Assembly: GCF_006345805.1 (NCBI RefSeq)
Contig: NC_042998.1
Location: forward strand, 49,228,001 to 49,292,000
From: Octopus sinensis
Lineage: Eukaryota
Length of the DNA stretch: 64,000 nucleotides
Reading direction: 5' to 3'
Below, piece by piece: positions 34,614-47,529 of the stretch; position 1 is the stretch's first letter, and the number at the start of each line of letters is the position of its first letter. The translations under genes were made by a program, and so were the position numbers. The notes beneath the pieces are model-generated. The model was not told the DNA's origin. It worked only from the letters and a program-made list of their open reading frames with translations, and made no database searches.

Positions 34614-37600
34614 TTAAATGTAAATTGTTTTTGAAAGTTTCTTGGGCCAATGCACTGTTCTGCTGCCGATTTTTGTAACATACGTGTGTGCTCGGGGCAC
34701 CCGTTGACGGCGAGGGTGGTGTTGTAGGAGCCGGTGAAGGTGTTTGTGCAGGTGAAGGCGTTTGTGCAGGTGAAGGCGTTTGTGCAGGTGAAAGTGTTGT
34801 TAAAGGTGCATAGGTGGGTGTGTCAAGGTTGTCATCAAAAGATGAAGACGTCTCAAAATGTGCCTTTTTTAAACGGTCCACGGAAACGGTCTCCGAACGA
34901 CCATTTATCTCAATCGTGAAAACCTTTGGTGTGCGAGAAAGCACACGAAAAGGTCCTTTATAGGGAGAAACAAGTGGGCCCTTCACAGAATCGTCCCGAA
35001 CAAAAACATGCGACCAGGTGTTCATATCCGGTGGAAGATGGGACGGTGGAGATTGCTTTCTGGGAAGCATGGGCGGAAGGTTTGAAAAATATTCCCGCAG
35101 TCTGGTGACATAGGTCGCCGGATCATGGGGCGGGGAAGTGTCTGGCACCAACATCGTACCGGGCAATGCCAGTGTGGTACCATACAGCAGCTCTGCAGCA
35201 GAAAACCCCAGGTCTGCCTTGACAGCAGTCCGACAGCCGAGAAGCACAATGGGCAGAAATTCGATCCAGGACTGTGGGTCCGAAGAGGCACGAAGCGGCC
35301 TTGAGCTGTCTATGGAACCGCTCAACCCATCCATTAGACGCTGGATGGTAGCTTGTGGTGTGGATATGGTGCATACCCAAAATTCGCGACAATTCGCGAA
35401 ATAGCGAGGCCTCAAACTGTCGTCCACGATCAGTTGTCAATCGGGACGGGACTCCGAAGCGAGAAATCCAGTTTGAAACGAAAGCTCGCGCAACAGTCTC
35501 AGCAGAAATGTCTGCTATCGGAATGGCTTCTGGCCAGCGGGAGAAACGATCGACACAAGTTAATAGATAAGAGAACCCGCGACTCACAGGCCATGGTCCA
35601 ACCAGATCGATGTGGACATGGCGAAAACGGGCCTCCGTGGGGGGAAATTGTCCAAGCGGGGCACGAACGTGCCGTTGAATCTTGGATCGTTGACACTTGG
35701 AGCAGGTGCGTGTCCAGAAGTAATTGTGCGACGCATATTCGGCCAGAAAAACCGAGCAGTGATTAGTTTGAGGGTGGCAGCGATGCCAGGATGTGATAAG
35801 GAGTGCAGTGCTTCAAACACTGAGCGTTGATGGGTCTCAGGCACCAGTGGCCTGGGAGATCCAGTTGAAGTGTCACAAAGAATGGTGCCTTCGGCTGACG
35901 GAAGCGGAAGGTAGGAAAACTGGCAACAGGAGAACTTGGGAGAAGTTAAATCTAACGACGCCAAAGGTGGCTGCTCCTGCGATATGGCAGCTAAGTCGAT
36001 AGCAGCAGGAGACGAAAGGGCGCAAACTGGAAGGCGAGAGAGAGCGTCAGCAGGAACGTTCTCTTTTCCAGGTATGTGTCGAATGTTGCTAGTAAATTGA
36101 GAGATAAAATCCAGGTGCCGAAAAGCACGGGGTGAGAGTTTGTCCGTTTTTGAAAACAGGGCAAACGTAAGGGGCTTGTGATCCGTATAGATCACAAAAT
36201 CTCGCCCTTCAAGTTGATGCTGGAAATGACGAACCGATAGATAGATCGCTAGGAGCTCACGATCAAAGGTGCTGTATCGTCGTTCAGCTGGTTGCAGTTG
36301 ACGGGAAAAGAAGGCTAGAGGTCGAACATGGTCATCCACTGTGTGTTGTAACACAGCGCCAATCGCAGTGTCCGATGCGTCCACAGTCAAAGAGAGAGAA
36401 GCACCAGGAACTGGATGTGCAAGCAAAGAAACAGAAGCCAGCTCCTTCTTAATGGACTCAAAGGCTGTCACTGCCTCAACAGAGAGGGTGACTTGACTGT
36501 CCTTTCTAGGAGAGTCCTTTAACAGCCTGGTGAGAGGTAGCAGCTTATCTGCACAACCGGGAATGAAGCGTCGGTAGAAATTGACCATCCCTAGATAATG
36601 CCTGAGCTGGCGCAAGGAAGTGGGGGGTGCGATGCGTTGAATGGCATCGACTTTTGACGAGAGGGGGCTGATTCCAGTCGAATCAATATGATGCCCTAGA
36701 AAATCTAGGGAAGAGCGTCCGAAAACACACTTGTCGGGGTTTATGCGTATGCTATACGCGCGAAGACGCTGGAAGAGTTGAGAAAGGTGCCGGAGATGAT
36801 TTTCTCGTGTGTCGCTCGCAATGAGTATGTCATCGACATAGGCAAACACAAAATCAAGACCGCGGACAACCTCATCAATGAAACGCTGGAAGGTGCTAGT
36901 AGCATTCCGCAAACCGAAACTCATGTACAAAAACTCAAAACACCCAAACGGGGTAGTGATTGCAGTTTTTGGAACGTCGGCTGGGTTGACCGGTATTTGG
37001 TGGTAAGCGCGTATCAGATCGACCTTCGAAAAAATGGTACAACCATGGAGATTTGCTGTAAAGTCCCGGAGATTTCTAATCGGATAGCGATCGGCTATTG
37101 TGACGGCATTGAGGCGTCGATAGTCTCCAACCGGGCGAAAATCAGACTCGCCCTTTCGCGCCAAATGAAGGGGAGATGCCCATGGGCTGGTGGAGGGGCG
37201 TATAATGCCAAGTTGAAGCATGTGCTCAAACTCGGCTCTGGCCGTTTTAAGTCGGTCTGGCGCTAGGCGCCGGGGGCGTGAGAATACAGGTGGCCCATTG
37301 GTGGTGATGAAATGGAGGGTCGAGTGGGTAGGATTTTCCGGTTTAAAGGCAATGTCCACTAGCTCCGGAAATGAAACCAAAAGAGAGTGAAAAGGGTCTC
37401 CAGAGGTGGCAACAAAGAATGTCGGGCTAAGGACCGCAGTGGTGGAACTCCCAGTCGGTGTAGAGAGCGACGTCGTGCTATCAAGAAGCCTCCGACGCCT
37501 GACATCCACCAATAGGTTAAACCTATCAGGAAATCAGCGCCGAGAATAGGATGTGGGATGTCAGCGATGACGACGAAACCCATCGAAAGTCTCGGCGAAG

Positions 37601-37846
37601 GTTGAGGTTGAGGCGCAGCGAAATCTGACCGTAAGTGGTTATGGGAGACGAGTCAATAGCATGCAAGACAATCGAAGAGCGCTTGGGCTTGTCTGCAGCC
37701 AGACGAAGGGGCCAGATGCTGCAACAGGAGCCGGTGTCTACCATGAAGAATGTCTTCGACACCAGATCTTTTACATAGAATGCACGATGTTTGGGAAACG
37801 AGATGGAAGAAGGTGACGTGCTCACCTCCTCCGGATTTAGTTTTCC
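34614..37846 (-). CDS. pol: Gypsy pol polyprotein, copy 2 (several small indels)
   Basis: Same PR/RT/RH/IN motifs as copy 1. Indels near 37570, 37526, 35717, 35295 and 34685. Confidence 0.93.
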
Positions 37847-38319
37847 GAGGGCTTGAAAGTGCACGGCTGGGTACACCGATCTGCCCTTTTGGTAGAGCGA
37901 CTACGACTGCGTTGTCGGCGCTCGATCGCACGGGATAGATCGTCGATTCGCCGCGTGAGCGCATCAATCCGCTCGGTTAGTGAAATTGCGCAGGGCCCCC
38001 TATACATGCACAGAGGCCTCGCGATGGAGATGGATTCGGAAATTCCAGTATTCCATCGGCCATCGTGGCAATCTGAATATTGCTCTCCCCCGAACGGTGT
38101 TGCGGCGGAGGATTTCTGCTTTCACAGACGCGTATGTGGCATCCGGGTGGGGACTTATTATTAGATCCCTGATCGATGCGGCGAGTCGGGGATGTAAGCC
38201 GCGGAATATAGCAGGTGCAACTGCTGCTGTGGAGAAATGGCATGTGCAACAAAATACCACTCCACTTGGGCAAACCACAGGCCCATATCCCCCGTAAATG
38301 AAGGCAAACCTGAAGCCAT
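37837..38319 (-). CDS. gag: Short Gypsy gag, copy 2 (483 nt ATG to stop; internal +2/-1/-1 indels)
   Basis: ATG at 38319, intact WFAQVEWYF, and the same KPSEN* end at 37837. Confidence 0.8.
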
Positions 38320-39250
38320 GCCTTTGTCGGAAGGAATCTGTGAGAAGGGGGCAGAAGGTATGGTCTAGAAGTGAGAGAGAGAACACGTGGAACCGAGAAG
38401 GCAATTCAAAATTGTGTTTGTGTGTGCACCTCGTGGGTAGCAAAAAAAGGAATAGGTGTGTACAAGGAAAACAAAATACAGAAAGGAAAAAAAATGAATG
38501 TGTGTGTGTTTTCTTTTTTCTTTGTTTTTTTTTTTTTTTTTTTTTGTACTGTGTGCGATGAATAAGGCTATTTTACCCACCTCGCCGTGCTGAAAAGGAG
38601 AAAATAGGAAAATAAATGTGAATTTCCGCGCTCTTCGGCCCCAAAAAAAAAAACCTGTTCGCTGTGTCTTCTTCTATCCTGTTCTTTTTCATCACGTCGG
38701 GGTCACCAATTGTAACGTGAAAGGATCTATCATCGAAGCACTGGCAGGGTGTCGAGATCCTTTCTAGTCACATACAAAAATTCTTGTAGAAAACAAACAG
38801 ACGAAACTCAGGTTAAAGGTGAACAGACAACTTGGTTTATTGATTCATGGTTGTACGTTGTCTGATGGGGGAATAGACAGCCTCTGATATACTGCTGGTG
38901 TTGGTCGTTGAGGTTGGTTGAAGTTGGTTGAAGTTGGTGTGTGGCTGTCAGAGCCAGGAAAACGTGACCGATCGCAGTGCTGTCTTGAGCCGAAGAGAGC
39001 GATTTGAGGTTCGCGGGCTCGAGAGATGTTTTCCCGCACATGCGCATGGGGAAGACTTCCGGTGGCCACCCGGAAGTAGTCCCATTCTGCGCATGCGCGC
39101 CGAACCCTACACTGTAGCATCACTACACTTTGAACAATCTCGGTTTTTGTTGTTTGAAGTAACGACATTTATTTTTGTTTGTTTACGATAAAAATTAATA
39201 TATTTCTTAACAAAAATTTAAAACAGATTTCAGTGTTCTTTATCGTAACA

Positions 39251-39900
39251 CCGAATATATATTTGGTGGGGTTAATAACCATGCGATATCCCGTTAAAAT
39301 GTTCGGAAAGCAAATGCTGATACTTTTTGGATTCTTTAGAACAACTTGCTACCAGTAAAACATTAATGTGTCCATAGACAAAAAGGTAAACCAGTGCCAC
39401 TATTGGTAAAACGTTTGAATGCCTTTACTGTGTTACATAAGCCAAAAAGGATCTGCAGGAATTCGAGCTATTCGAAAGGTGTTGTGATTGCAGTTTTTGG
39501 AATATCTACAGGCTCGGTGGGGATTTGGTTATATACCCTTACAAGATCGATGTTCGAAAATATACAAGCTCTATGGAGCAAGTGAGGGATTGGGTATGTA
39601 TAGGGCACAGTGTGATTGTTGAGTACACGATAGTCCTAGCAAGGGAACCAATTGTCCACTGTTTTCTTCAAGATTAAATATAGTGACGATAATGACCTGT
39701 TGTTGCTGGATAGGCGAATAATTCCAAGGGTCAGTATATGTTGAAATTCCTGTTTTGCGGCTTTCAGACGACCCGGAAGAAGTCTTCGCAGTCTAGCAGT
39801 AATTAGGGTTTCAATGTGATGAATTGCATTGTATCTGATTACTTTGCCTCAAAACAGTGGACGGGCGATGTATGGATACTTGCAGAGAATAGAGTTTTAC
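39251..39900 (-). pseudogene. Old decayed Gypsy RT, 5' part
   Basis: [57 protein letters not shown] and INPTKYIFGV, with stops. Confidence 0.8.
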
Positions 39901-39939
39901 TGTGTCATCATTGACTGCAAAGTAAAACGGGTCGCCAGA

Positions 39940-40253
39940 TGACTGACCGTGGGATTACACCTAGAAAGTTACCCTCCCAGGCACAAATCCGGGCAAGGCT
40001 GTTTATGGAAGACCAGCAGTCGTCCAGGCATACCAGCCTCCCCTCTCCACGCCACCAGTGTTATCCAAGGGAAAGACAAAGGTCGATACAGCTTGGCACC
40101 TGTGACGTCGCAACTCATTTCTACAGCTGAGTGAACTGGAGCAACGTGAAATAAAGTGTCTTGCACAAGAACACAACACGCTGCCCGGTCCGGGATTCGA
40201 ACTCACAACATTACAATCGTAAGCTCGACGCTCTAACCACTGAGCCATGCGCC
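39940..40253 (-). mobile_element. Well-preserved tRNA-derived SINE (third family)
   Basis: A box TGGCTCAGTGG and B box GTTCGAATCC, followed by a non-tRNA body CTCCAGTTCACTCAGCTGTAGAAATGAG. A related copy lies at 44770-45070. Confidence 0.75.
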
Positions 40254-41244
40254 TTCACAACAAATGAAGTATAACAATCGGATAATTTCTACATATACTG
40301 GAATGAACTGGTGAGAGATAATCTATACTTATTAATGGTTTTATTCAGTTGTTACCTAATTACTCAACTGCAACAAGTTGGAAAAGAACGAAAAACTTTG
40401 TATTGGGGATGTTTATTCACATCGAAAATCTCTTGTCCAGTCCTTATAGTATACACTAAGTTTGTGAAAGGAAGATAGTGAAGAGACCGATGCTCGTACA
40501 AAAAATGTTGGAGAGAGAGTTTGGGGCAAGGAGGAATACTAGATCACAGCAAAACTGTGTTCTAACTGGCAGAAGCAAACTGTGAAAGTTACAGAAGAAA
40601 CTGAATGTTTTTATAGGTATCGCAAATATATACCCGTGTTGAAGCTGAACTAAGTCATTAGAATTAGAATTGAATGAGCTTATCAGCATTCATCTCACCA
40701 GCAAGTTTAACAGGCTAAAACAAACGGATTTTAAAAGCACAAACCGAAGACAAAGGAAACGAGCGTGAAGATTCAGGTTCGATCCTTGGTCATAAACTTC
40801 CTGGCATATCTCGTATACAAGCACACATATTCCTATGTTCTACATAGAGAGTACTCGGTACGTTTAGAGTACATAATTTATTTGAAAAGAAATTCTTTTC
40901 CACGCATTTTCATGTCATCTCTTGAATGGAGTAAAAATCGAGCCACAATAAAATCAGTCTGGGAATTGTCATTGGTTTCGCACCTATAATGCTTTTTGCT
41001 GTGTAAGTGACTCGACAATCCTACTGGCCGGAGGCTCATAAACTCTCTACTACTGGATATAGCAATACGGTCTTGTTTAGTCAGGGTTATGAAAAAAAAA
41101 CAAAAAAAACAAACAAAATGCCATTGAGCGAATCCCTACTGGACAATATGGAGTTATCTCCCTTTGATGGATTCCATTTGCACCCGTAAAAGGTCTGTAT
41201 ATGGACAAATTCCGTTCGCAAGTCAGCGACCAGGAATTCTATGT

Positions 41245-42070
41245 TTGCAACATGAATTTCCTCTGATAAAGGTACCGACTAAACATCTCAGTCTTGGAGT
41301 TTAAGAAGGTCCATGGTCAAGCGAGTTCTTCAAGATCCTTTCTCTCTCGGCCAAGCAAAGTTTACATCGTCTGTTCCCGTTCAGAGATGGTCCAGGTTGT
41401 TCTAGGAGCTTCCATTTAATACTGTATGGCGTCTTCTTTTCTTTTAAGTGCCATACATCGCTAACTAAGGACGTAACGTTGCGCTTCTCTAGGACCCTGA
41501 AAGAGGACTAGCGCTTATTTAGATGCCACTTGAAGGGGCTCTCTGTTGTCCCAACACATCCTCGTGTGTGTCCTTGCGCTATTGGTGGTTGCTGTTGCTA
41601 TCGTTGCCATAGCTATTGCTACTGCCGGACGCGATGTTGGTGCTGTTGCCGCCGCTATCACTACCGTTGTTGCTGTTACAGTCGGAGGCTTGTAGCAGCT
41701 GCTGCTGTTGCCGTTACCGCTGAGCACGTTGTTGGTGTTGCTGCTATCGCTGCTGTTACTATCGGACATCACCTTAGCTATGTAGACCACAGCCTCGGAG
41801 TTGCATCGACCTCCCAGTGGGCACTCAGCATTAATCCTACACGAACATCCTACCTCTGTACAGGGTTTAGGGTTGTTCACTGAAATCTTTTAAACAGGTA
41901 ATCAAGTCTAAAGTAACATCTAAAAAGTTAACTACAATAAGACTGGTCTCAGTTGTAATCTTAAGGCACACAGATTTAAGCGTGCGAATTAGGTTCTTCC
42001 TATGCCTATCAAGGGTGTGTACGTTTGCGCCTCTAGAGATTATAGACCAAAAGGGACTGCTGGGACATAA
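41245..42070 (-). mobile_element. Penelope-like element fragment (RT C-terminus and GIY-YIG endonuclease)
   Basis: VVNFLDVTLDL; CSCRINAECPLGGRCNSEAVVYIAKV; CVGTTESPFK; IKWKLLE..NGNRRCKLCLAE..LLNSKTEMFS. Confidence 0.8.
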
Positions 42071-42289
42071 CGCCCGCAATAGAAACCGTCACCTTGTTTC
42101 TTTCAACAGCAAAACACAAACGTTACTCTTATCCAGAAAACACCAGCATCTTTCTTTCATTTATAATACGCCCTTAACAGTTTCCCCACTTTGATGCTAG
42201 ATATCTTTTGAAAGCTTTAGTCTACTGTGGTAAATTCATCTTTGATACTATTACCACTCTTACGACTGTTTTTTTTTTTTTTTGGCAGC

Positions 42290-43260
42290 ATTAGTTAGAC
42301 GGATACGCTTGAACACGGCATCTATCCACTTGCTGTGGTTCATTTTTACCTCCAGTTAGACACAGCACCCTGAGATGAGACTTCACATTTCTACCTTCAA
42401 CTTCTTCGGAATCTTGTTAAATTTCTTCCAACCCGTTGAAAATTTTCAACTTTTCCTCAAATTATTATTATTTTTTAATGTATTAATTAAAAAAAAGAAG
42501 CAATTTTCATCAGCATGCTAAACTACATTTTGAAAAAAAAAAAAAAAAAAAAAAAATCTGGTGAAAATTTGAATAACTTCAAGTGTTTAGAAGAAATTTA
42601 ACTTGATCCCTTCTTCGGTCTCTCTCTTCCACAGTTTCCCTCCATTTGTTTCGTTTTATCCGACTATCATTCTTCATATGCATTACAAGCACATATCAAC
42701 GCAGTTTTTCTCTCCAGTTCATTGCAGCTGATTGATACTTCTAATGCTCCAGCTTTTATCCCAGCTCACATGCGATCCGCTGTTCATGACTCCTGAAATC
42801 ACACATCCAGCAGATTATGCTCGCATAATTTCTTTGCCGCCTTCACATCTCCTCCATATTTTACTCTCAAGCATTTGCATTCGTAGAAAAAACTTTATCA
42901 ACAGAAGTAATAACTTCCTGCATCTTATCTACCCCACTCTCACTACAATGCTTTTGCAAACACCCACATCTACTAGGGATTAAATTGCCAAATAATTCTA
43001 ACGAGTTTTCTGAGCAATTAAAACTTCATTTCTTGGGTAGTCTTACTGCTAGCAACCCTTGTGCATATGTCATATGAAGTCCTTCACCGAGTTCCTAATG
43101 CACGGTTCGAACTGTTTGTATTTAGTATACCATATATGATCTCTCCTTATTTCCTTTCTCTATGTCGAACAAGTTCACCTCTTTGTTTATCAATGTTTCA
43201 AACCTTTCTCTTTCTCGTTTCCAAATCTCAAAAACCAAAATGTTGAAATTGTGGAGAGTT
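42290..43260 (-). mobile_element. Highly decayed RTE-like LINE C-terminal remnant
   Basis: Scattered RTE-like peptides (CWMC, REKLR, GWKKF) across frames. Confidence 0.3.
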
Positions 43261-46200
43261 ATTTCCCTTACATTCAGAAATTCGGTTCGCAAACATGAAG
43301 CCCCCTAGTTTGATCCCATTGGTTTACATCTTAGACAAATGTTTTTTTACTCTGTGGAATGTGGCTTACATGATCATCTGCATAAGGTGTCTGGTTATCA
43401 TATCTCTGATTTCACACACAACACATACGGTGGAAATTGCCTCAGGCATGAGCATGATCACTGCTTTATCAATGAGTTTCAAAATGCAGACGACTTTTTA
43501 GCCCAGCTAATGATTTGTAGCATTTACAGAAAATATATAAATATCTCTTCTTGTGGCTGTGTGGTAAGAAGCTTGTTTCTCATCCACATGGTTTCAGGCT
43601 CAGTTCCACTGTATGGTAGCTTGGGCAAGTGTCTTATACTATAACCTCAGGCCAACCAAAGCCTTGTTAGTGGATTTGGTTGTCAGAAACTGAAAGAAGC
43701 CTGTTGTGTGTGTGTATATATATATAGTCTGTAAAAAACATAAATCTGAAAGAAGCAGCACACTCTAAGATATAGCTTAACACACACACACACACATATA
43801 TATATTTATATCTGTGTGCGTGTATTTGGCTGTTTGTTCCTCACAACTGCTTGACAACCGGTGTTGGTGTTTACGTTCCCATAGCTTGGCAGTTCGGCAA
43901 AAGAATGCAATATAATAAGTACTAGGCTTAAAAAAAGTCCTGGGGCTGATTTGTTCAACTAAAAACCTTTCAAGGTAGTGCCCCAGCATGACCACAGTCA
44001 AATGAATGAAACATGTAAAAGACAAAAGAATTGAACAGACATGTCTCTTCAGATCATCACTCGAAAGACATTTGTTATATGATTAGTAGACATGCTTTTT
44101 TTTTTTTTAGGTGATATCTGTCAGTGCTTACTTTACTACATCTAGTCTTGACCATTAAACAAGACCAGCCTTAAACATCTGAAGAGTTTATTAATATCTG
44201 GGAGGAGTTCCTTTCCATGTATATTGTTTCAACTTTCTTTTTTGCTTCATGTGATTCTCTTCAAAATATTTCTGTGATGTCCTAAAAATTGCATTCCCCC
44301 CATATTACATCAGATTTAAGACTGTTTTTGTCTTAAATTTGGCTTGTGAGGGAATTTTCCTAGTTATCACTGGAATTCTTTTATCATCCATATGAACAGC
44401 AAGGCTGGCCCACCCCAGGCTTACCATGTTGCAGGACAACTTCTAAGCTAATAACTTCCTAACACTGGATAATTTTTAAACCTTACCACCACTCTCATAA
44501 TTTCTCCAAGATAAAAGCAAAATTTGTCAAAGGCACTTTGGCTGTAAGTGTTCCAACTGTTTATCATGTGCTGAAAATAGATATTTTAGGCTGATCCAAT
44601 GCCTTAGCCGTGGTAATGCTACAAGTCTCTTCACTAGCTTCAATAGGATCCATTGAGCTTTGTGGTGTACTTACGGTTGAATTGATACTAATTTTTTATT
44701 TCTGCTCGTGATTGTTTTCTTTGGTTTGGGATTTGTATTTTAATGTGGAATAAAGAACATCTTCAGTCATAAATGACCATGGGATCGCACCTTGAAAGTT
44801 TCCCACTGAGGCACAAGTCCAGGCAAAGTTGTTCATGCATACCAGTCTCCTCTCTCCATACAACAATTGATGTTATCCAAGGGAAAGACAAAGACCGATA
44901 CAACTTGGCACCAGTGATGTCACAACTCATTTCTACAGCTGAGTGTGAACTGGAGCAAGGTGAAATAAAGTGTATTGCTCAAGAATACAACAAGCAGTCT
45001 GGTTCAGGATTTGAACTCACTACTTCATGATTGTGAGCCTGATGCTCTCACCACTGAGCCATGCACCTTTATGTAATTATATATACATTGTAACAATTGT
45101 GTAAAATAAAATAACTAAATTTAGGTGAAATAACTATTATGAAATATCATTTTGTTTCTTCAATGTATGGATCATTGTAAACATGGTTGTGTGATTAAGA
45201 TGCTTGCCTCCCAATGACATGGTTCCAGGTTCAACCTCACAGTATGGTACCTTAGCTGTCTTCTACTGTAACCTTAGGGCTGAACAAAGTATTGTGAGTG
45301 GATCTGATAGCTGAAAACTGAAAGGTGTCCATCATGTATATGTGTGTGTGTGTGTGTCCTTGTCTTGACATCACGTGATAGTCGTAAACAAGCCTCACTG
45401 TCATGCAAATAGCATCGTTTGATTCCAATCTTCCATGAAAACATACCTGGTCAGAGAGAAATCTTTATCTTGCTTGGAAACAGACAAGGATTGAAAGGAA
45501 GGTCACGCAGCGCTAAGAAAACCTGCTTCTATGAAGCTTCCTCTGACCCATAATAAGCATGGAAAAGTGGACGTTGAAACAATGATGTTGATATCAATGA
45601 CTTCTGAATATTATTTGCACTTTTATCATCGAAAAGATTTGTAACCCTGTTCAACATGATGCGCATACATAATCTTGGATAAAGCTACTTATACATTTCT
45701 TAGAGGAAAACATAACCAGACCTGAACATTTATTTGTTAGTATATCAAATACATACTTATTATAGCATAGGTGCATGCATGGGTGTGTGGCAAGAAGCTC
45801 GCCTCCCAACCACATGATTCTGGGTTCAGTCCCATTGTGTGGTACCTTGGAAAAGTGTCTTCTACTATAGCCTCGGGCCTTGTGAGCGGATTTGGTAGAT
45901 GGAAACTGAAAAAAGCCCATCGTGTGTATGTGTGTTTGTCCTCCCCATCATCGCTTGACAACTGATGCTAATGTGTTTATGCCCCCATTACATATTCGTT
46001 TGGTAAATGAGACTGATAGAATAAATACTAGGCTTATAAAGAATAAGTCATGGGGTTGATTTTCTTCGACTAAAACACTTTAATGCAGTGCTCCAGCATG
46101 GCCACCACAGCCAAATGACTGAAACAAATAAAAGAATACTAAGATTGCTTGTATTACTACACCCCTCCCCCTGTGAGACCATAGAATCTCTTTATACCAA

Positions 46201-47529
46201 TAATTACAAATACCTTCACTCTTACAGACATTCATCAGCATATATATATATATATATTCCTTGTATACCAATATTAATACAACCATGTACATGTACACAC
46301 CCACTCATATTTATATTCTTCAGGACTTATTCTTTGTAAGCCTAGTACTTATTCTATCAGTCTCTTTGGCCGAACTGCTAAGTTACAGGGACATAAACAC
46401 ACCAGCATGGCGACAAACACAGAAGAGGCAATGACGAAAGACTGAGACCTCTGGAGATATGCTTTGACCACTAAGACCCGACAAATAACGTGAGTTCATG
46501 GCTGTTTCCTGCACCAGCTTCACATAGCAGCCCCACCCCATCCAAAGTACCTTGGACCGCAGGACGACCTTCTGTGCTTACCTTGGATCATAGGACGACC
46601 TGCTGAGCTTGAGGAGACCTACTGAGTCAAGTACATCAATATCAAAATAAAAATCAAATGGAAATTGTAGTTGTGATACTCGTGCTGGTGGCACGTAAAA
46701 AGTACCAACCGATCGTGCCCGATGCCAGCACCGCCTTGACTGGCTTCCGTGCCAGTGACACATAAAAAGCACCAACCAATCGTGGCTGTTGCCAGCCTCA
46801 CCTGGCACCTGTGCCGGTAGCATGCAAAAAGCCTCCACTACACTCACGGAGTAGTTGGCGTTAGGAAGGGCATCCAGCTGTAGGAACACTGCCAGATCAG
46901 ACTGGAGCCTGGTGCAGCCTCCTGGCTTCCCAGACCCTGGTCAAACTGTCCAACCCATGCTAGCATGGAAAATGGACGTTAAACGATGATGATGATACAC
47001 AAACACACGTGTGTGTGTGTGTGTGCATGATTATAAATTTCAAATTTTGGTACAAGGTCAGCAGTTTTGAGGGAGGGATTAAGTCGATTACATCAACCTC
47101 AGTTGATAACTGGTACTTATTTTACTGACCCCCTAAAAGATGGATGGCAAAGTTAACCTTGGCAGAAATTGAACTCAAAACGTGAGAAGGATGAAATGTT
47201 GCTATATTTGCTTATAAGATTATACATTAGGTTTTTAATGTTATAAGCATTAACTATGCCTTTCACTCACTGAATTATTTTGAATATTAACTGGACTTTA
47301 AGGCAGTGAGCTGGCAGAAATGCTTATCAGTATTTCGTCAGTCTTTATGGTATGAGTTCAAATTCCACTGAGGTTGACTTTGCCTTTCAGTGTTGATAAA
47401 TTAAATAGCAGTTGCATACTGAGGTTAATCTAATCAAATGACCCCCTTCTCCAAAATTTCAGGCCTTGTGCCTAGAATAGAAAAAAATATTAACTGGACT
47501 TTATCCAAATGGTCAAAACCCACTTCTTT

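Larger units (their letters stand above)
34071..39127 (-). mobile_element. Full-length young Ty3/Gypsy LTR retrotransposon, copy 2 (5057 bp)
   Basis: LTRs 34071-34488 and 38711-39127. TSD CTTT (34067-34070, 39128-39131). 18-nt tRNA-Trp PBS at 38691-38708, PPT 34489-34500. Nearly identical to copy 1. Confidence 0.97.
33738..39250. mobile_element. Probable ~450-bp solo LTR (33738-34070 plus 39132-39250) split by Gypsy copy 2
   Basis: TGTAGC...TAACA termini placed exactly where the old RT frame breaks (between FGV and FLG). No TSD recognisable. Confidence 0.4.

Noticed and set aside
27396-39127. The two Gypsy copies as a tandem or segmental duplication
   Set aside because: Different TSDs, unrelated flanks and copy-specific LTR variants show separate insertions.
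40180-40253. A genuine tRNA gene
   Set aside because: A and B boxes are present, but no proper acceptor stem is closed and the sequence runs into a dispersed SINE body.
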